Shown one piece after another: positions 49,101 to 59,200 of a DNA stretch of 64,000 nucleotides; positions within the stretch are counted from its first letter, which is position 1, and each line of letters begins with the position of its first letter. The notes under the pieces were generated by a model, which had not been told where the DNA came from, did no database searches, and saw nothing but the letters and a program-made list of their open reading frames with translations. Source of the DNA: Octopus bimaculoides (taxonomy: Eukaryota); contig NC_068984.1 in assembly GCF_001194135.2 (NCBI RefSeq), forward strand, positions 23,422,742 through 23,486,741, written 5' to 3'. The translations under genes were made by a program, and so were the position numbers.

Positions 49101-50338
49101 TTAGGGCAGCAACTCGCAGTCATAGGATCGCGGTTTGATTCCCAGACAGGGCGTTGTGAGTGCTTATTGAGCGAAAACACCTAAAGCTCCACGAGGCTCC
49201 GGCAGGGGATGGTGGCGAACCCTGCTGTACTCTTCCACCACAACTTTCTCTCATTCTTACTTCCTGTTTCTGTTGTGCCTGTAATTCAAAGGGTCAGCCT
49301 TGTCACACTGTGTCACGCTGAATATCCCCGAGAACTAAGTTACGGGTACACGTGTCTGTGGAGTGCTCAGCCACTTGCGCGTTAATTTCACGAGCAGGCT
49401 GTTCCGTTGATCGGATCAACTGGAACCCTCGACATCATAAGCGACGGAGTGCCAACACATTAGGGTATTGCATGGAAGAATAAGTGGAGCATCAAACGAA
49501 AAGATTGTGTTATTTATTTTTGTCTTTATATGCTTCAAGTAAAGGCACATGGCTTAGTGGCTTGGGTATTTAGATCACTACCGTAAGGTCATGAGTTCAA
49601 AAATCAGCAGTGCACTTTATTTCACATTACTCTAGTTCACTCACCTGGCAAACATGAGTAGTACCTGTATCTCAAAGGGCCAGCTTTGTCCTATTATGTG
49701 TCATGCTGAATCTCCCTGAAAACTATGTTAAGGGTACGCATGTCTGTGGAGTGCTCAGCCACTTGCACATTAATTTCACAAACAGGCTGATTTGTTGATC
49801 GGATCAACTGGAACCCTCATCATAATAACCGATGGAGCGCCAGTCTATATACTTCAGTTCACCTACTTGTGATTAATTAGTTCCAGACATTTTGATAATG
49901 TTACCTGTAATAAACTAGCATTAGGATTTATGCACCATTTTTATGATCCTCTATGGCCTATCAAGCCATTATAAAACAAAATTGAAAATATAATTACAAC
50001 AGTAATATATTACCTTTGGTTTCTATCACCCAAGATATAGGTAAAGCACAAAGAGTATATGTGATTGGTCCCCAGTTAGTGAGTAAAGCAACATTGCTAA
50101 CTGTCCAACCAAACAATTCATTAGTTGTTTGAGCAATAGGAGGCCAAGTATTCCAGTGGAGAGACTGGGTAAATGCAAAAAATGCAAACAGAAAAAGAAT
50201 GTACCACCGTCTCTTATAGACTTTGAAGCTTTGTTGATTTTCATCAATGGAAGATGTTCTTGGAGTATCAGCATGGTTGCTTTCATAATTACATACAGAA
50301 TTTTCCTCTTGCACAAGACTCCGACTTTCTTTATCCAT
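20777..50338 (-). CDS. SLC49A4: SLC49A4/DIRC2-like MFS transporter, whole gene span (12 coding exons, 482 aa)
   Basis: Hand-spliced exons: 50338-50014, 47378-47288, 45096-44933, 44838-44781, 42695-42667, 39942-39892, 38799-38670, 36676-36568, 33997-33930, 27790-27672, 23655-23473, 20898-20777. All introns are GT-AG, phases are compatible and the total is 1449 nt with no internal stop. Motifs match the DIRC2 family as I recall it: VYKRRWYIL, WNTWPPI, WFPMHQRFTATAIA, YFPNKPPSPPT, YEMSSEAAFPIAEG, SWMNW. Orthologue versus paralogue status is not established. Confidence 0.92.
21078..21466 (-). mobile_element. SINE family A copy
   Basis: Reverse copy of 6881-7258; 10-bp TSD AAACAGTAGC. Confidence 0.9.
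22375..22700 (-). mobile_element. Penelope-like element, GIY-YIG endonuclease fragment
   Basis: Minus strand 22520-22381 reads CTCSSKNLIYCKIYHLCILADIGETTEALANYSGEH, matching the PLE pattern CxSxNLIYCxxCxxC..YIGET..L..R..EH. Confidence 0.7.
23473..23655 (-). CDS. SLC49A4: SLC49A4-like coding exon 11 (QLTLSI...YEMSSEAAFPIAEG...MIPNI-G)
   Basis: 183 nt; acceptor ttctcttatttgcAG, donor G/gtaagt; inside ORF 23462-23644. Confidence 0.92.
23975..24210 (+). mobile_element. SINE family B (GGCGAGCTGGCAGAA head)
   Basis: Shares GAGTTCAAATTCC box B and GCCTTTCATCCTTTCGGGGTCGATAAA with copies at about 7785-7995(-), 10625-10830, 11035-11240, 15875-16225(-), 40790-41000(-) and 57150-57385(-). Confidence 0.85.
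24443..24858 (+). mobile_element. SINE family C (CORE-like, internal TA/TG microsatellite, GTAAAAGA tail)
   Basis: GGAGTGGCTGTGTGGTAAG head, GGGTTCAGTCCC box B and GGCACCTTGGGCAAGTG resembling the CORE domain. Confidence 0.85.
25078..25830 (+). mobile_element. Tc1/mariner-superfamily remnant, DD37D (maT)-like, internally deleted
   Basis: IMVFGVITSDG, VWQQDSVPCHTSRRTQ, WP.SPDCNPFDYYVWG. The D-to-D spacing is 37 only if a small frameshifting deletion is restored (inference). Confidence 0.75.
27672..27790 (-). CDS. SLC49A4: SLC49A4-like coding exon 10 (LSDMFVNYTRIFL...TWFQL...LHITD-V)
   Basis: 119 nt; acceptor cccacAG, donor G/gtgagt; phase 2 to 1. Confidence 0.88.
27985..28455 (+). mobile_element. 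Family D retroposon with (GAT)n tail and internal tandem subrepeats
   Basis: 3' end ...CATGGAAAGCGGACGTTAAACGATGATGAT. Related copies at about 19263-19543(-), 20060-20230(-), 33000-33635, 40275-40760(-), 48630-48845, 51772-51950(-), 57747-58110(-) and 60365-60620(-). Confidence 0.8.
30540..30900 (-). mobile_element. LINE (probably RTE) internal fragment
   Basis: Broken coding-like sequence, bounded by SINE fragments; clade assignment is tentative. Confidence 0.4.
31150..31570 (+). repeat. Family E dispersed repeat with an internal duplication
   Basis: GATCAAAG.CATTCCAGC and GAGATTTGGCTG.TATTTCTAGCA also occur at about 29850-30050, 40010-40220 and 56800-56950. Confidence 0.6.
32543..32992 (+). 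mobile_element. SINE family C copy
   Basis: Full-length match to 24443-24858. Confidence 0.85.
33930..33997 (-). CDS. SLC49A4: SLC49A4-like coding exon 9 (KSVGIFSIYIGIGSCLGSLVLA-K)
   Basis: 68 nt; acceptor tttttcatctgcAG, donor AA/gtaagg; TM8-like helix. Confidence 0.88.
34067..34740 (+). mobile_element. SINE family C copy with an N gap in its microsatellite
   Basis: Both halves are present around the 34238-34484 gap. Confidence 0.85.
34968..35250 (+). mobile_element. Tigger/pogo-like non-autonomous fragment, copy 1
   Basis: Starts TA-CAGTAATACCTCACTTTA; encodes a QTTRDLFF Tigger-like C-terminus; paralogous to 42827-43110. Confidence 0.65.
35250..35450 (-). mobile_element. RTE LINE fragment
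   Basis: CCLGDQVSSG...ARIRTGWAKFRELLPL...KGRLYDACVHTAMLHGSET. Confidence 0.8.
36165..36230 (+). repeat. 11-bp tandem repeat GAGTAGCAGTT, about 6 units
   Basis: Directly visible. Confidence 0.85.
36568..36676 (-). CDS. SLC49A4: SLC49A4-like coding exon 8 (NYRFWMLAAIY...LKPHNISQ)
   Basis: 109 nt; acceptor cctttttcAG, donor CAG/gtaaaa; phase 2 to 0. Confidence 0.9.
37180..37233 (-). ncRNA. Minimal type I hammerhead ribozyme motif, decayed
   Basis: Minus strand: AGTGAGTG-CTGAAGG-A-GGGG-CAACAAC-CCCC-AAAA-TATGGCAT-ATA-CACTCATT; A9G and G12A substitutions. Confidence 0.6.
37607..37660 (+). ncRNA. Minimal type I hammerhead ribozyme motif, decayed
   Basis: GATGAGTG-CCGAAGA-C-GAGG-CAACAAC-CCCT-GAAA-TATGGCAT-ATA-CACTCATT: 8-bp stem I, core with U4C, near-palindromic stem III. 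Confidence 0.65.
38100..38158 (+). repeat. 17-bp tandem repeat GATGATGACAATAATGA, 3 units
   Basis: Directly visible. Confidence 0.85.
38670..38799 (-). CDS. SLC49A4: SLC49A4-like coding exon 7 (FGMSAVIFF...YFPNKPPSPPTMSA...TNLM-K)
   Basis: 130 nt; acceptor cctattttgaAG, donor AA/gtaaga; family YFPxxPPxPP motif. Confidence 0.92.
39892..39942 (-). CDS. SLC49A4: SLC49A4-like coding exon 6 (DHLEKERIELRTLLFS-E)
   Basis: 51 nt; acceptor tttgctttacAG, donor G/gtcagt; joins to give LLFSEFG (family LYAEFG). Confidence 0.85.
41385..42540 (+). mobile_element. RTE LINE 3' portion carrying a PHD-like finger
   Basis: ICRKEIRSNSIHCTKCKLWTHMKCSG...FVCGRC, then VVDSFCYLGDQIS, GRLYDASV, GTCGRGRPRKTWDEVV, then a 3' UTR. 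Confidence 0.85.
42667..42695 (-). CDS. SLC49A4: SLC49A4-like coding micro-exon 5 (FPVINSSVY-E)
   Basis: 29 nt; acceptor tttcttttatAG, donor G/gtgagt. It is the only candidate I found that bridges phase 2 (exon 4) to phase 1 (exon 6). Confidence 0.75.
42827..43110 (+). mobile_element. Tigger/pogo-like non-autonomous fragment, copy 2
   Basis: Same TA-CAGTAATACCTCACTTTA start; encodes KQTTLDFF. Confidence 0.65.
43130..43520 (-). mobile_element. SINE family C copy
   Basis: Reverse full-length copy. 3'-half copies occur at about 13504-13735(-) and 39270-39530(+). Confidence 0.85.
44781..44838 (-). CDS. SLC49A4: SLC49A4-like coding exon 4 (PLVVSTNASISNSTSNHS-S)
   Basis: 58 nt; acceptor ttttatttgtcaAG, donor AG/gtgaat; continues the family FVGPLVV motif. 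Confidence 0.85.
44933..45096 (-). CDS. SLC49A4: SLC49A4-like coding exon 3 (LSNVGQ...WFPMHQRFTATAIA...SLFV-G)
   Basis: 164 nt; acceptor tttttatttAG, donor G/gtaagt; inside ORF 44910-45122. Confidence 0.92.
47288..47378 (-). CDS. SLC49A4: SLC49A4-like coding exon 2 (LRTTCLITSLSLFLGSGIRSITLKTPYIY-W)
   Basis: 91 nt; acceptor tttttttaAG, donor TG/gtaaat; phase 1 to 2; completes the ETKGLR motif and TM3. Confidence 0.9.
49079..49458 (+). mobile_element. SINE family A copy
   Basis: 12-bp TSD ATTAGGGTATTG; a partial second copy follows at about 49670-49840. Confidence 0.9.
50014..50338 (-). CDS. SLC49A4: SLC49A4-like coding exon 1 (MDKESRSLV...KRRWYILFLF...WVIETK-G)
   Basis: Lies inside ORF 49994-50434. 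ATG at 50338 follows an acceptor (tttctttgcatttAG; exon begins at 50357), implying an upstream non-coding exon. Donor G/gtaata, phase 1. Confidence 0.92.
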
Positions 50339-51292
50339 CAGGAATAGCTTTGAGACTCTAAATGCAAAGAAAAAACATAGTAGTGGTGAAAGCAGCAGCA
50401 GTGGTGGTAGTAGTTTGTCGAGCTGTTCTAGCAATAAGCTACAGTAATAAATATTTTCAATCAGAAGTTAAATGAAATAACAATAAGATTATACAGCAAA
50501 GCAAGAAAAATATTGCCTTCCTTAAGAATACACCACCCAAAATCAATCAGTGAAAGATTATATAGACCATGAATACAAGAAGGAATCAGATTATATAGGT
50601 CATGAATACAAGGAGGTATCAGCTGCTAGAGAGATTACAAGATCTAACATCTTCCTCAGTGTTTTAATATCCACTTTCTCGTGTTTGCATGGGTCAATCA
50701 GATTTTCTACAGCTGGATGCCCTTACTCTCACCAACCCTTACTTATTTCTAAGCAAAATAACATTTCCCTATGGTCAGATATATCTTTACAGAATATTAT
50801 TAACAAATGACATTCATTTACAATAATAACACAAAGTCAAGAGAAGGAAACACAAACATACTCACACATATATACACACACGTATACATATATAAATACA
50901 TACATACAGACATATGTATATATACATGTATTATCATCATTTAACATCGATTCTCCATACTGGCATGGGTTAGATGGTGACTATATATGTGTGTGTGTGT
51001 GTGTGTGTGCAGAGAGAGGGGGAAGGGGAGAGAGAGAGAGAGAAAAGGAAGTCATTTTATTCCACACAGGCAGAAATATAGAATAAAGAAGTTGAAAATG
51101 CACTGGGTGTCTTTAAGATGGTTTATTTTTAAATGCTTAACTGGTTTCAAAGATTTTTTCTGATTTTCAAAAGTTAAGTGAGATAGAAAGAGATGCAGCG
51201 ATGCCACAATTGTCTTGCTTCTGACCGGAGTTTAAAACTTCTGTTTTTATGGCGCAAACATGGTTCAAATTAGTATCTGTTTAGTATACAAT

Positions 51293-51681
51293 TTAGTGGA
51301 GGCACAATGGTCCAGTGGTTAGGGCAGCAGACTTGCAGTCATAGGATCGCAGTTTCGATTCCCAGACCAGGCGTTGTGAGTGTTTATTGAGCGAAAACAC
51401 CTAAAAGTTCCATGAGGCTCCGGCAGGGGATGGTGGCGAACCCTGCTGTACTCTTTCACCACAACTTTCTCTCACTCTTACTTCCTGTTTCTGTTGTACC
51501 TGTAATTCAAAGGGCCAGCCTTGTCACACTTTGTGTCATGCTGAATCTCCCCGAGAACTATGTTAAGGGTACACGTGTCTGTGAAGTGCTCAGCCACTTG
51601 CATGTTAATTTCACGAGCAGGCTATTCCGTTGATCGGATCAACTGGAACCCTCAACGTCGTAACCGACGGAGTGCCAACCA
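51293..51681 (+). mobile_element. SINE family A copy
   Basis: 10-bp TSD AGTATACAAT. Confidence 0.88.
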
Positions 51682-52839
51682 AGTATACAATATGATTAAC
51701 AGAGGATGGTCAAGTGATTAGGCTCAGGAATTTTTGTAAGTTTCACACTGTAAGTTAATGTCATCATCATCATCATCATTTAACATCCGTTTTCCATGCT
51801 GACATGGGTTGGATGGTTTGACTGAAAACTGGTAAGCTAGGGAGCTACACCAAGTTCCAATCTGATTTGGCACAGTTTCTATGGCTGAATGCCCTTCCAA
51901 ATGTCAACCTCTTCAAGAGTGTAGTGGGTACTTTTTATGTACCACCAGTTACAAAACACTGATATCAGCCACAACTACAGTCTCACTTGGCTTGATGGGT
52001 CTTCTTATGTGACACTATTTTTTGCACTGCAAATTAAGGATGACACAGTTGAGTGAATATATCTAGCGATGTGTCTACACATAAACAACTCCTGCCCACT
52101 CTATTACAAGACATTAAATTTAGAGAGTCTTGATTATTTGAAACTGTCATTAAATATTTTACTCAACTATATTAGCCTTAACTTACAGCAAAACATTGTC
52201 ACATGGCATTAATGCAGACATACAAAAATTTCTAAGCTATCCTCTGTCAATCAAATTGTATCCTAAACAGATATTAATTTGACCATGTTCTCTCCATGAA
52301 AATGAGAGAATTTTCAAACTCCAGTCAGAAGCAAGACAGCTGCAGCATAACTCCATGTCTTTCTATCTCACTTAACTTTTGAAAATCAGAAAAATCTGTG
52401 AAACTGATTAAGCCTTTAAAAATAAACCATCTAAAAGACTCCCAATTAATTTTCAACCTCTTATGCTTAACTGTCAGTCTGGATAAACTTGGATTTTCAG
52501 AAAAAGAAATCAACCAACTAATTCACACATTACAAATACGATCTGTAAGCAGAATGGCAAAACTATGCAAGACTTTTCTCAGGTTTAAAATGTGACATTG
52601 TTTTTGTCATCTACATTCCAAAGATGTTGTTTTGTATCTTTGTTAGAAACCAGCTCCTTCTTCAGAGGAAGAATTTAAATGATTAAAAACAGAAGACACA
52701 CACACACACACACACACATACATTGATTTCTTATTGTGGAGGGAATCTGTGGAAAAGGTAAACCCAGTACATTACAAAAACAAACTCACAGAAAAAGTGG
52801 TGGTACAAATACACACCAGAAAAGGTATCAGAGAATGAC

Positions 52840-53530
52840 AAAAATGATCATACTTTTGGGATGAAGCTATATCAGCCAAATGTTATTGTCACAAATGATT
52901 TACCAATTATAACCGATGGAAAATACATTTTTAAAAGAAATGGAAAAACTATCCAAATTTCATGATCTAGAAATAACCAAAATGTGGTAAGTCAAAACAG
53001 AAACAATATCTATAATATTCAATGCTTTGGGAATGATTCAATAAGATGCAGACAGTTACATATACTCAACATGCATAAAATATCAATAGTAGTAAATGAC
53101 AAAATGACTATAGTCTAGGATTTGCCAGAATGACAAAGTAACCATACTCATATTTCAATTCATAGAAAAAAGGAGATAAAGGCAAACTGACAGATGTTGT
53201 TGCCATAGACCAATAGGAAAGGTACTATCTCTTGATCAAAGTATCAATCCTAACAGATGATAATGCATCTCAAAACAAAATGGAAAAACACTTCAAATAT
53301 AAAGATCTTGAAAGTGAGATAAACAGAATGTGATTGAAAGTAGAAACAGTCCTTATAGTAACAGGTATTTTAGGAATAATTTTAAAAGAGGCAGACAAAT
53401 ACATAAAAGATTTACTCGTACCATATACAGAAAAGACTGCAGGCTAAAGAAGATCAAATAACAAAAGCAATAAAATATAGCTCTACTAACACCACAATAT
53501 ATATTACATAGAGTACTTTCAATTGATACA
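52840..53530 (+). mobile_element. R4/Dong-like RLE-LINE 3' fragment, highly decayed
   Basis: KYKDLESEINRM and a Q(K)xxxxxT-type terminus similar to the 14030-15702 element. Confidence 0.6.
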
Positions 53531-53606
53531 ACAGACATCAACACAGAAAGAACATAGTGCACGTGTCCATTAAGCATAGAGTTGCACTTTGTTGTGCAGT
53601 GAAAGT

Positions 53607-54008
53607 ACTCTTTTACTCTTTTACTTGTTTCAGTCATTTGACTGTGGCCATGCTGGAGCACTGCCTTTTAGTCGAGCAAATCGACCCCAGGACTTATTCT
53701 TTGGAAGCCTAGTACTTATTCTATTGGTCTCTTTTGCCAAACCGCTAAGTTACGGGGACGTAAACAAACCATCATCGGTTGTCAAGCGATGTTGGGGGGG
53801 GGGACAAACACAGACACACACATACATATATATATACATATATACGACAGGCTTCTTTCAGTTTCAGTCTACCAAATCCACTCACAAGGCTTTGGTCGGC
53901 CCGAGGCTATAGTAGAAGACACTTGCCCAAGGTGCCACGCAGTGGGACTGAACCCGGAACCATGTGGTTGGTAAGCAAGCTACTTACCACACAGCCACTC
54001 CTGCGCCT
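53607..54008 (-). mobile_element. SINE family C copy
   Basis: Reverse full-length, little-diverged copy. Confidence 0.88.
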
Positions 54009-54352
54009 AAGACTACTAAAACAATAGTAGTAATTAAAATGCTGAAGAAATTGCACAAGTATTAAACAGATTTGTTTACAGTTTCATAGGGAAATGTAAC
54101 TGTAAAACTAACAACAGAATAACAAATTATAGCAAAACAAAAAAATCATGAGATAAATATTTTAGTAACTAAATATATATATGACATAATCATGTTTAGA
54201 GATTAACAATACAGAGATGTCAACATATATCTACAACAGCAAAAGAATGAAAGGGGTTTTATGTGGCTGCTCTAACTGCAAGAAATACTAGCCAAAATCT
54301 TTTCAGATAACAAATTCCTGTTATTTTACAAAAAAGCAAGGGCACATTAGAT

Positions 54353-54640
54353 CAGGGATTTTCAAACTGTGGTCCGTGGATCTGCAAGGGTGTCTGCAAG
54401 GAGAAGACAGGGAGTCCATGGACAGCAAATACTTTTTATGGGCAATTTGATTTTATACATGTTTTTTAATCGAAATCTTTTAATTGACAATAAACCTGTT
54501 TATTAAATACTGTTAAATAAATAAATGTAAAAATAAATGTTATTTTAAGCAAATATTTATGTATAAATTTCATAAGCGTTTATAAAGGTAAAGCCTGAAA
54601 TATAAAGGGGTCCGCAAGTCAAAAAGTTTGAAAACCCCTG
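54353..54640. mobile_element. hAT (Charlie-like) MITE, 288 bp
   Basis: TIRs CAGGGATTTTCAAACT / AGTTTGAAAACCCCTG (one mismatch); perfect 8-bp TSD CATTAGAT. Confidence 0.92.
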
Positions 54641-55129
54641 CATTAGATAATGTCATTCTAGATACACTATGGTAGGGTCTCACATATGTAATATAGGAAG
54701 TTGATAAAATTTGATCAGCTGAGATAATGCAAATAACAAATAGGCAAAAAATCCCTCTAAGGGTATTCAAAAAATTTTTTTTAATGAGTAGGAATGGCTG
54801 TATGGTTCTGAAACTCACTTCCCAACCTCATGGTCTCAGGTTCAGTCCCGCTACATGACATTCGCACAAGTGTCTTCTACCATAGCCCTGGGTCAATCAA
54901 AATCCTGTGAGTGGCTTTGGTAAGTGGAAATTGACAGAAACCTATCAGCAGCAGCCGCAGCACATCTATTTTCCCATGCTTGCATGCATTAACAGAGTTT
55001 ATGAAGGCAGATTTTCTATGACTGGTAGCCCTTCTTGTCAACTCTTACCTGCCTCAACAAGCTTTGTTTCACCCATGCAAGCATGTAAAGTAAACTTTAA
55101 ATGATGATAATCATATATATATATATATA

Positions 55130-55533
55130 TATAACAATTAGAAAATGGAGGATAATATGCTGAACCCAACTACTTGCAGACGATGTGTCCCGTTGAATTC
55201 ATTAATTTAATTCATAGCAAAAATGACAAAAAAAGAAAGAAAGAACCAAAGCACAGGTGTCTATGGCAGACTATGTTATTTTGCCAATATAGAAGTACAA
55301 AGTACATAAGGAATTGTTTATCATCTAACTCCTTATGTACTTTGTACTTCTATATGTAAACCAGGTTGGCAAAATAACATAGTCTGCCATAGACACCTGT
55401 GCTTTGGTTCTTTCTTTCTTTTTCTTTCTTTTTTTGTCACTTTTGCTATGAATTAAATTAATGAATTCAACGGGACACATCGTCTGCAAGTAGTTGGGTT
55501 CAGCATATTATCCTCCATTTTCTAATTGTTATA
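55130..55533. repeat. Near-perfect ~400 bp inverted repeat (foldback/MITE-like) next to (TA)n
   Basis: Arms are reverse complements apart from one substitution, a GAAA-run length difference and an 11-nt indel; loop about 17 nt. Confidence 0.9.
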
Positions 55534-55685
55534 CAAATTTGGGGTAAAACCTCCACTTTTACCCGCTCCCATTGATTGCACTTAGTATAGCACTAGTGTA
55601 GCAATAATTGGGTACCCTCCCAGCAGTATACTGGATAGATACTATCCCTTAGTGGGTTGAACCCCCAACCCCTAACTCTCTCACG

Positions 55686-55758
<73 letters not shown>

Positions 55759-56149
55759 CGTGTATGCATGGAAATATCAGTGTATGCCTGTCTTTATATT
55801 GTGCATCTGTGCAGTGTGAGGAAGAAAGTAGACATATAAGAGAAAGGTTTAGCATCAATTATAAAAAAGCTGTTTGTTATGTAAAGACAAGTATTTAGAT
55901 TATTGGCAAAAGGTAGTTAGGTGAGTACAGAATAGTCCAGCAACAGCTCTACAAGTTATTGCTGTGATCATTAAGCTGGTCACTACTTAATATGGCAACA
56001 TCTGGGTTACTGAATTGAGGGTTTGACAGCTGTTTTGCTATCCTTATGAATGACTACTGTCCATTGCTGCTATGTTTGCTGTAACTACTACCACTATGAC
56101 AATAATCAAAATTACTGCGACTACTAATACCTTTTCTGAAGTACTACAT

Positions 56150-56228
56150 CTCTGGGCTGCAATTCATAGCCCTGCTTCTCTGGGTTGGGCTGCAAGTCAT
56201 AACCCTGCTTCTCTGGGTTGGGCTGCAT
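56150..56228 (+). repeat. 31-bp tandem repeat, about 2.5 units
   Basis: GGGCTGCAA.TCATA.CCCTGCTTCTCTGGGTT repeated. Confidence 0.8.
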
Positions 56229-59200
56229 ACCTGACAACTACTGGTACTAATACCAGTTGGTAAGCTCTGCCTCCAAGGAAATTCCACTGCGATATTTTTC
56301 TTCCACATCAGCTCTTCTTAACAGCATTATTTATGAATAAAGCATCGGACTGAGTCACTGATTACTTATAAAATTGCTGATGTAGTCTGTTGATAAAGTA
56401 GGATTTTTATCAACAGATTACACTTAATTTGAATAAATCACTGCACTAGTTATTTGATCAGAAAGTGGATGATGTTGCCAATTGAGGCAATAGATGATAA
56501 CAGGCATGTCTGCTAAAGCCAGGTGGATTAATGGTTTGTTGTACCAGAAGATGTATGTCTGTTGATGAAGTAGGTGCACAAGTTGACTGGTGCAAATGAG
56601 ATGATGTAGCTTGATGCAAGTCTGTCTCGTGTTAGATGGCAGTTGACAAAAGCAAACTGTCAGTTTGAGGATTTATATTCAAATCACAAGGATACCATAA
56701 ATATATCACTATGAGGTACTCACTACAAGCTAAATAACTTATATCCTTCTTGCAATCCACATTACTCTGAAGTGCTGAGATTTGCTGTTATTGCTTAATC
56801 CGAAGACAGCCCTCACCTATAAGCAAAAGTGTCCCATCCATGATCATCTCATATGTCTTTTTTAAAGGTACAGTGGTATGATTTAAAAGAGATTTGGCTT
56901 CTATTTCTAGCATAGAGTGATCACATAAAGGCTTCCTCATTCAAGTTGTTCGTATTTTTCACCTACATAGATTTTATCTGAAAATATGATTGACTAATAT
57001 GATAATGGTTTTATCAATTGACAACATTCTTTTACATGGGTACAGATATCATCACATACATGAGAACATATACAAATTAATATATATAACTAGTGAAAGT
57101 TGCAACAATATATGTAAGTAATAAGCAATAATAATAACTACAATTGAAACACTAAATACTCGAAAGGCAAAGTCGACCTTGGCAGAATTTGAACTCAAAA
57201 CATAAAACACTAAATACTCCTTTCTATTCTAGGCACAAGGCCCGGAATTTTGGGCGAGAGGGGCCAGTCAATTTGATCGACACCAGTACGCAACAGGTAC
57301 TTAATTTATCGACCCCGAAAGGATGAAAGGCAAAGTCGACCCCAGTGGAATTTGAACTCAGAAAATAAAACACTAAATACTGAGAATAATGTTGTTCCAT
57401 GGCAGCATGGAAAACAGAGGTAAAATGATAATGATGATGATGATGACGATGACAATAAAGAAGAAAGAATTTGAACTTAAGATAACAGACTTCAATGAAA
57501 GTTTGGCTTTCTGCAATGAATAGGTTGATTAGGTTGATTGAGGGAACAGAAGTTGCTTTGTTGAATCCTATTGAGGGACAGTTAAATAGGGATTAATATA
57601 TTCAATGCAGAGAGCATTAATGCTAATTTGAAATGCTAATGCATTTGAGGAAAAGAGAACATTTACCTAAATTATAATATTACTTTATCCATTTAAAGCA
57701 AGTATACTATGCTTCCAGTACATCCAACTCCACTAACAATAAGGTTATCATCATCATCATCGTTTAACGTCCGCCTTCCATGCTAGCATGGGTTGGACGA
57801 TTTGACTGAGGACTGGTGAACCAGATGGCTACACCAGGCTCCAATCTGATTTGGCAGAGTTTCTACAGCTGGATGCCCTTCATAACGCCAACCACTCCGA
57901 GAGTGTAGCAGGTGCTTTTACGTACCACTGGCATGAAGGCCAGTCAGACAGAACTGGCAACGGCCACGCTCAAAATGGTGTATTTTACAGGCCACCTGCA
58001 CAGGAGCTAGTCCAGCGGCACTGGCAACGATCTCGCTCGAATGTCTTTACACGTGCCACCGGCACAAGTGCCAGGAAGGCGACGCTGGGCACAGGTGCCA
58101 TCAAACGCTATTTATCAACTACTTCTAGTGAGCCTCCTGAGTATCAGAGGGATTTTTATTTCACATGAATTCTTATCACAAAATACTCACGTGCATCTTC
58201 CACTTATGAAATTTACTTTCTCTGTGAGCCTAGATGTGATCCCATAATACCTCTTGTATGTCCATACTTTATATTGGATAAACTATGCAATCATGACTCA
58301 TATCTTGAACTGTTGTCCATCTGAAAAATGACAATCACAAGAGGTGATCACTAGAAGTGGGATCACAAATAGGTCTACACTAAATATGTTCAATGTTCAA
58401 CCCATACTTAATTATCAGTTTTAAAGTAGAAAATACCTCAGTGTTTGCTTGCTTTTTTTTTATCTTAATATTTATAGAAATTACTAAAGCAAATTGGCAG
58501 AGTCATCTAAACATTCGATAGATTATTTAGTAGCATCTGTTCTGATTCTCTACACACTGAGTTAACTCTTACGTTACCAACCCAGCTGAAACTGGCTCTG
58601 GTTCTGTAGTACAAATGTCTTGTTTTCAAAAGTTCTGAATTAAAATCTTCCATCAGACCTTAGTTGCAATTTATCGTCCCATCACTAGCTTAATGACAAC
58701 TAAGTTATTTTACTAAATTCTTTGTTACATTTACAATTAATTGAAAGAAACACAGAGCATCTCAACATAATTCGGTAACAAAAGGGTTAAATACCACTGA
58801 AGTCAACTTTGTCTTCCAGCCTTCCAAAGTCAGTGGCTTAAAAAGACATGTTAGAGCATCAGACAAGACACTTTACAATATCCATTCTAGCTCTTTGTGT
58901 TCTGATACCTGTGATGATACTGGTGACAAGCTGAATCAGCCTTGTGCCTCTCTATTGGTAAACATCAGTGGCACGGGTAGGGGAGATTTGTATGCATAGG
59001 CAACTGCTAATCTTCTACAAAGTAATGCTTTCCCAGGCTCATGTTTAGAGAAGCAATCACAAAGTCAACTATGGCTGATGGAGGCCTGCCTTTAGATCTT
59101 ACATGCGGTACAAATCCTATTTGCTTCAACAGATAAAATAGTCTTAAAACACACATGCTATATTTATAAGGTAAGTAAAAAAGGAATGTGATAATGAAAA

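Noticed and set aside
50339-50434. N-terminal extension of ORF 49994-50434 (MLEQLDKLL...)
   Set aside because: It reads through a splice acceptor and pyrimidine tract; Met at 50338 followed by the sorting-like motif is the better start.
56230-56270. Plus-strand donor G/gtaagc (also 59169) suggesting an antisense gene
   Set aside because: No convincing upstream acceptor, coding frame or partner exon was found.
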